DNA of 63,992 nt, filler included. It is 4 parts of 4 records of this genome, joined end to end, with 100 filler letters (N's around TTAATTAATTAA, not from the genome) between each part and the next. Parts side by side here need not be neighbours in the genome. Positions count along the whole stretch, not along the records: positions 60,497 to 63,992 come from SRR20825010_89; 3 more parts are not named here. One strand, given 5' to 3'. The notes beneath the pieces were generated by a model. The model had not been told where the DNA came from. It ran no database searches and was given only the letters and a program-made list of their open reading frames with translations. This document shows, piece by piece, positions 61,342-63,992 of the stretch (its first letter is position 1; every line of letters starts with the position of its first letter). The translations under genes and the position numbers were made by a program.

Positions 61342-63864
61342 TTAGACTTCCAATCCTTTGTCTCTCATCTTTTTGAATTCATCAAATCTTCTTACTATCG
61401 CTACAGTGAAGCCGGCGAGCATAATAATTGTCCCGATCCAAAGTATGTTGATATAAGGCTTTACAATTGCCTTCATCACCACGTAGTCTTTTTGGTATTG
61501 GTTTACTTTGAAGACAAACTTGTTTTCTTCAGGCAGTATGTTTTCCAAGCTAATCTTAATGCCCAACTCATTGTCAATGACAGGTAGCTTACCTACTTGA
61601 TTATTACGGATAATAAAAGTTGGCTGAAGCAGTTTCTCCACGTCGTAATCAAGGATTCTAAGGTTCGCCCTTACCGCTACATCACCTTCTTGTAGTACAT
61701 AGCCGTCTAACTCCTGCAGCACATCTGCTCCGTCAAAATAGGTCACATAATCTGCCACATGGAACTGTTCACCTGGGGCAACCTCATAATTCTCATCCTC
61801 TTTCCAGTCTGGATCCTCTGGATCATTCATCGCTGCTACATAGGTATAAAGATCCTTGTCAATAAAGATTCTAGAAGCTGGTGATGAGATCAAGCCTCCC
61901 ATGCCCTCATTAAACTGAGACATTGGGCTTAATGAGAATTTCAGTACTTCATTTTGATAATATTCGATCTGGAAATAATCATTCTCTTCCAGTACAATAT
62001 CTACTTTATCACCTTTCTTGAAGTAATCCTTATAATCTTCCAATGCGATGGCTTCATTGACTTTACCAGTAGATTGTAAAATTTTGGCCGGCACATTCTC
62101 AGAAATTCCTTTAACTTTCTTCTGACGTCCCCGGTAAATTACGGTATAGTCTTTCATTTGTGTAGGCTTGTTGATCCAAAGCAGTACGTGCTCTTTGTTC
62201 AATTCGTCCTCCCAGCTATTGCTGTATGTCAAGCCCGACATATTGATAGAAATAGTGTCTGAATAACCTGAGCTGAACATGATTCCGATTAAAATCATAC
62301 CCAAGCCGATATGTGCCAAAGAACCACCAGCTAGTTTGAATGTTGATTTTTTCAGGATTTTGGCTAAAATCACCGAGTTGGCAGTGATTGTAAATGTGGC
62401 TGCTAGAACTACAATGATGTACTGCCAATCATACACTTTGGCAAGAACAATAATAGCTGCAGACAACAACAAGGAAATAATGTATGGAGTTAAAAGAGCA
62501 TCCTTCAATGCTTTTTTATCCATTTTTTGCCACCAGAAAAACTGTCCTACTGCAGTGAGCATGGCCAATGCGACTCCAAACCAAAGTTGGAATTTTGTGT
62601 AAAACTCTACTTGATCGGCTGGAGGAGCCATATTTGATATGCCTCCGAAACTTTCTACTACAGCATTCCAAGCAGGAATGGAAGTAGGAAGAATCACTTG
62701 AAAGGCCATTAGTGAAAGAGTAGTAGCGCCTATAAACACCCAGAATTCGCGGGAATAAACTGAAGCTTCTTTCTCTGAAGTGGGTATGTGTTTCCAGTTG
62801 ATCACACAGAGAACTACTGCAACCACAAGGAAGAATAACATGTAGATCAGCAACTGACCAGAGAGACCAAGATCTGTGAATGAGTGAACTGATGCATCTC
62901 CCAAAACACCAGATCTTACTAAGAATGTAGCGTAAAGCACCAAGATGAAAGTCATGATGACTAAGACTATTGAAGTCTTCAGTGCTGTAGCACTCTTCTT
63001 AAAGGTAATCATACAGTGAATGGCAGCTACTAATATAAGCCAAGGTACATACACAGCATTTTCTACAGGATCCCAGTTCCAATATCCGCCAAAATTCAGC
63101 GTCACATAAGCCCAGTAAGCACCCATAATGATTCCCATCCCCAGTATCATGGCTGAAAAAATAGCCCAAGGTAAAGCAGGACGAATCCATTCAGTGTATT
63201 TTTTGGTTACTAACCCCCCCATCAAGAAGGCGAATGGAACCAAGGTAGAAGCATAACCTAAGAACAAGGTAGGAGGGTGAATTACCATCCAGATGTTCTG
63301 TAGAAGCGGATTTAAACCTGTTCCATCTTCTGGTACGAAATCAGGGTTCATCTGGAAAATAGGTGCCTGAGTGGCATCTCTCAACAGAATAAACGGAGAA
63401 CTACCGATTTTCAAATCGCCAATCACGACGCCCAAAATCATGGAAACCAAGAAAGCCTGAACGAGTGCAAATACAATCATTACAGGGGCTTCCCAGAACT
63501 TATTCGTGAAAATCAATATTGTACCCAGTACCACATTCCAAAAGATCCAAAGGATAAAAGCTCCTTCTTGACCTTCCCAAAAGCTGGAAACCATATAATG
63601 AACTGGTAGTGCTTCGGAACTGTGGGAATACGCGTAATAGTATTCGAACCGGTGATTGTAGATAATTTCAAAAAGCGACACAGCAATCATAACTGCAGAC
63701 ATGCCGTGAATTGTGAAGCTGATTCTACTGAATCTTTTCCAACTGGCTTTCTCTAGTTCGTTTGCGCGGAAATACTGAATATAAGCGTATGCGGTAGTCA
63801 GTGCACTGACAAAGGCCACGATTGTCATCATGTGGCCAAGATTACCGATAAAGGTATTGATCAT
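61342..63864 (-). CDS. ccmF: Cytochrome c biogenesis heme lyase CcmF
   Basis: WEGQEG, GLNPLLQ, IHPP, WGG-like FGGYWNWDPVENA (WWD), RSG...SVHSF, LAHIG. Confidence 0.92.
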   Translation of the reverse strand: MINTFIGNLGHMMTIVAFVSALTTAYAYIQYFRANELEKASWKRFSRISFTIHGMSAVMIAVSLFEIIYNHRFEYYYAYSHSSEALPVHYMVSSFWEGQEGAFILWIFWNVVLGTILIFTNKFWEAPVMIVFALVQAFLVSMILGVVIGDLKIGSSPFILLRDATQAPIFQMNPDFVPEDGTGLNPLLQNIWMVIHPPTLFLGYASTLVPFAFLMGGLVTKKYTEWIRPALPWAIFSAMILGMGIIMGAYWAYVTLNFGGYWNWDPVENAVYVPWLILVAAIHCMITFKKSATALKTSIVLVIMTFILVLYATFLVRSGVLGDASVHSFTDLGLSGQLLIYMLFFLVVAVVLCVINWKHIPTSEKEASVYSREFWVFIGATTLSLMAFQVILPTSIPAWNAVVESFGGISNMAPPADQVEFYTKFQLWFGVALAMLTAVGQFFWWQKMDKKALKDALLTPYIISLLLSAAIIVLAKVYDWQYIIVVLAATFTITANSVILAKILKKSTFKLAGGSLAHIGLGMILIGIMFSSGYSDTISINMSGLTYSNSWEDELNKEHVLLWINKPTQMKDYTVIYRGRQKKVKGISENVPAKILQSTGKVNEAIALEDYKDYFKKGDKVDIVLEENDYFQIEYYQNEVLKFSLSPMSQFNEGMGGLISSPASRIFIDKDLYTYVAAMNDPEDPDWKEDENYEVAPGEQFHVADYVTYFDGADVLQELDGYVLQEGDVAVRANLRILDYDVEKLLQPTFIIRNNQVGKLPVIDNELGIKISLENILPEENKFVFKVNQYQKDYVVMKAIVKPYINILWIGTIIMLAGFTVAIVRRFDEFKKMRDKGLEV

Positions 63865-63890
63865 GGATTTTTTATTGTAACTGCTCTAAC

Positions 63891-63992
63891 TCACATACCT
63901 GCTGACTGCACTTCCGTTTCCTGGTATTTAGACGGGCATTTCATTAGTATTTTATCGGCAATAAATATTTCATCATTCTTATAAGAACCTAT
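63891..63992 (-). CDS. ccmE: Heme chaperone CcmE, C-terminal fragment
   Basis: IGSYKNDEIFIADKILMKCPSKYQETEVQSAGM* directly upstream of ccmF. Confidence 0.85.
   Translation of the reverse strand: MGSYKNDEIFIADKILMKCPSKYQETEVQSAGM

Overview
The window is four Bacteroidota-type segments joined by identical 100-bp artificial linkers (44 N + TTAATTAATTAA + 44 N) at 29856-29955, 44020-44119 and 60397-60496. Base composition differs visibly between segments and the tRNA-Ser halves on either side of the second gap pair poorly, so the segments may come from different genomes. Segment 1 (1-29855) is an accessory island. It holds the 3' end of a tyrosine integrase, a decayed tRNA-Asp fragment, and many regulator/oxidoreductase modules (5 AraC, 2 HxlR with one frameshifted, Crp/Fnr, OxyR-like LysR; SDR, NmrA, AKR, esterase). 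It also carries a TonB-receptor/MFS/MBL-hydrolase operon, five promoters sharing one 21-bp-spaced direct-repeat architecture, three copies of a ~140-bp dispersed repeat, and a hipBA-type TA pair. Segment 2 (29956-44019) is mostly housekeeping: mgtE, a deacylase, a GNAT-nitrilase fusion, an ECF sigma/Spy/di-heme peroxidase locus, clpC, mltG and the 5' half of tRNA-Ser. Segment 3 (44120-60396, AT-rich) has a binding-protein/kinase/receiver trio converging on an Hpt-receiver-HEAT-GT2-sulfatase/TPR-YaiO cluster that looks like an uncharacterised synthase-dependent exopolysaccharide system, followed by a TolC/ABC efflux operon. Segment 4 (60497-63992) has csaA, ccmF and the end of ccmE. All product calls come from motif recognition by eye, not database searches.
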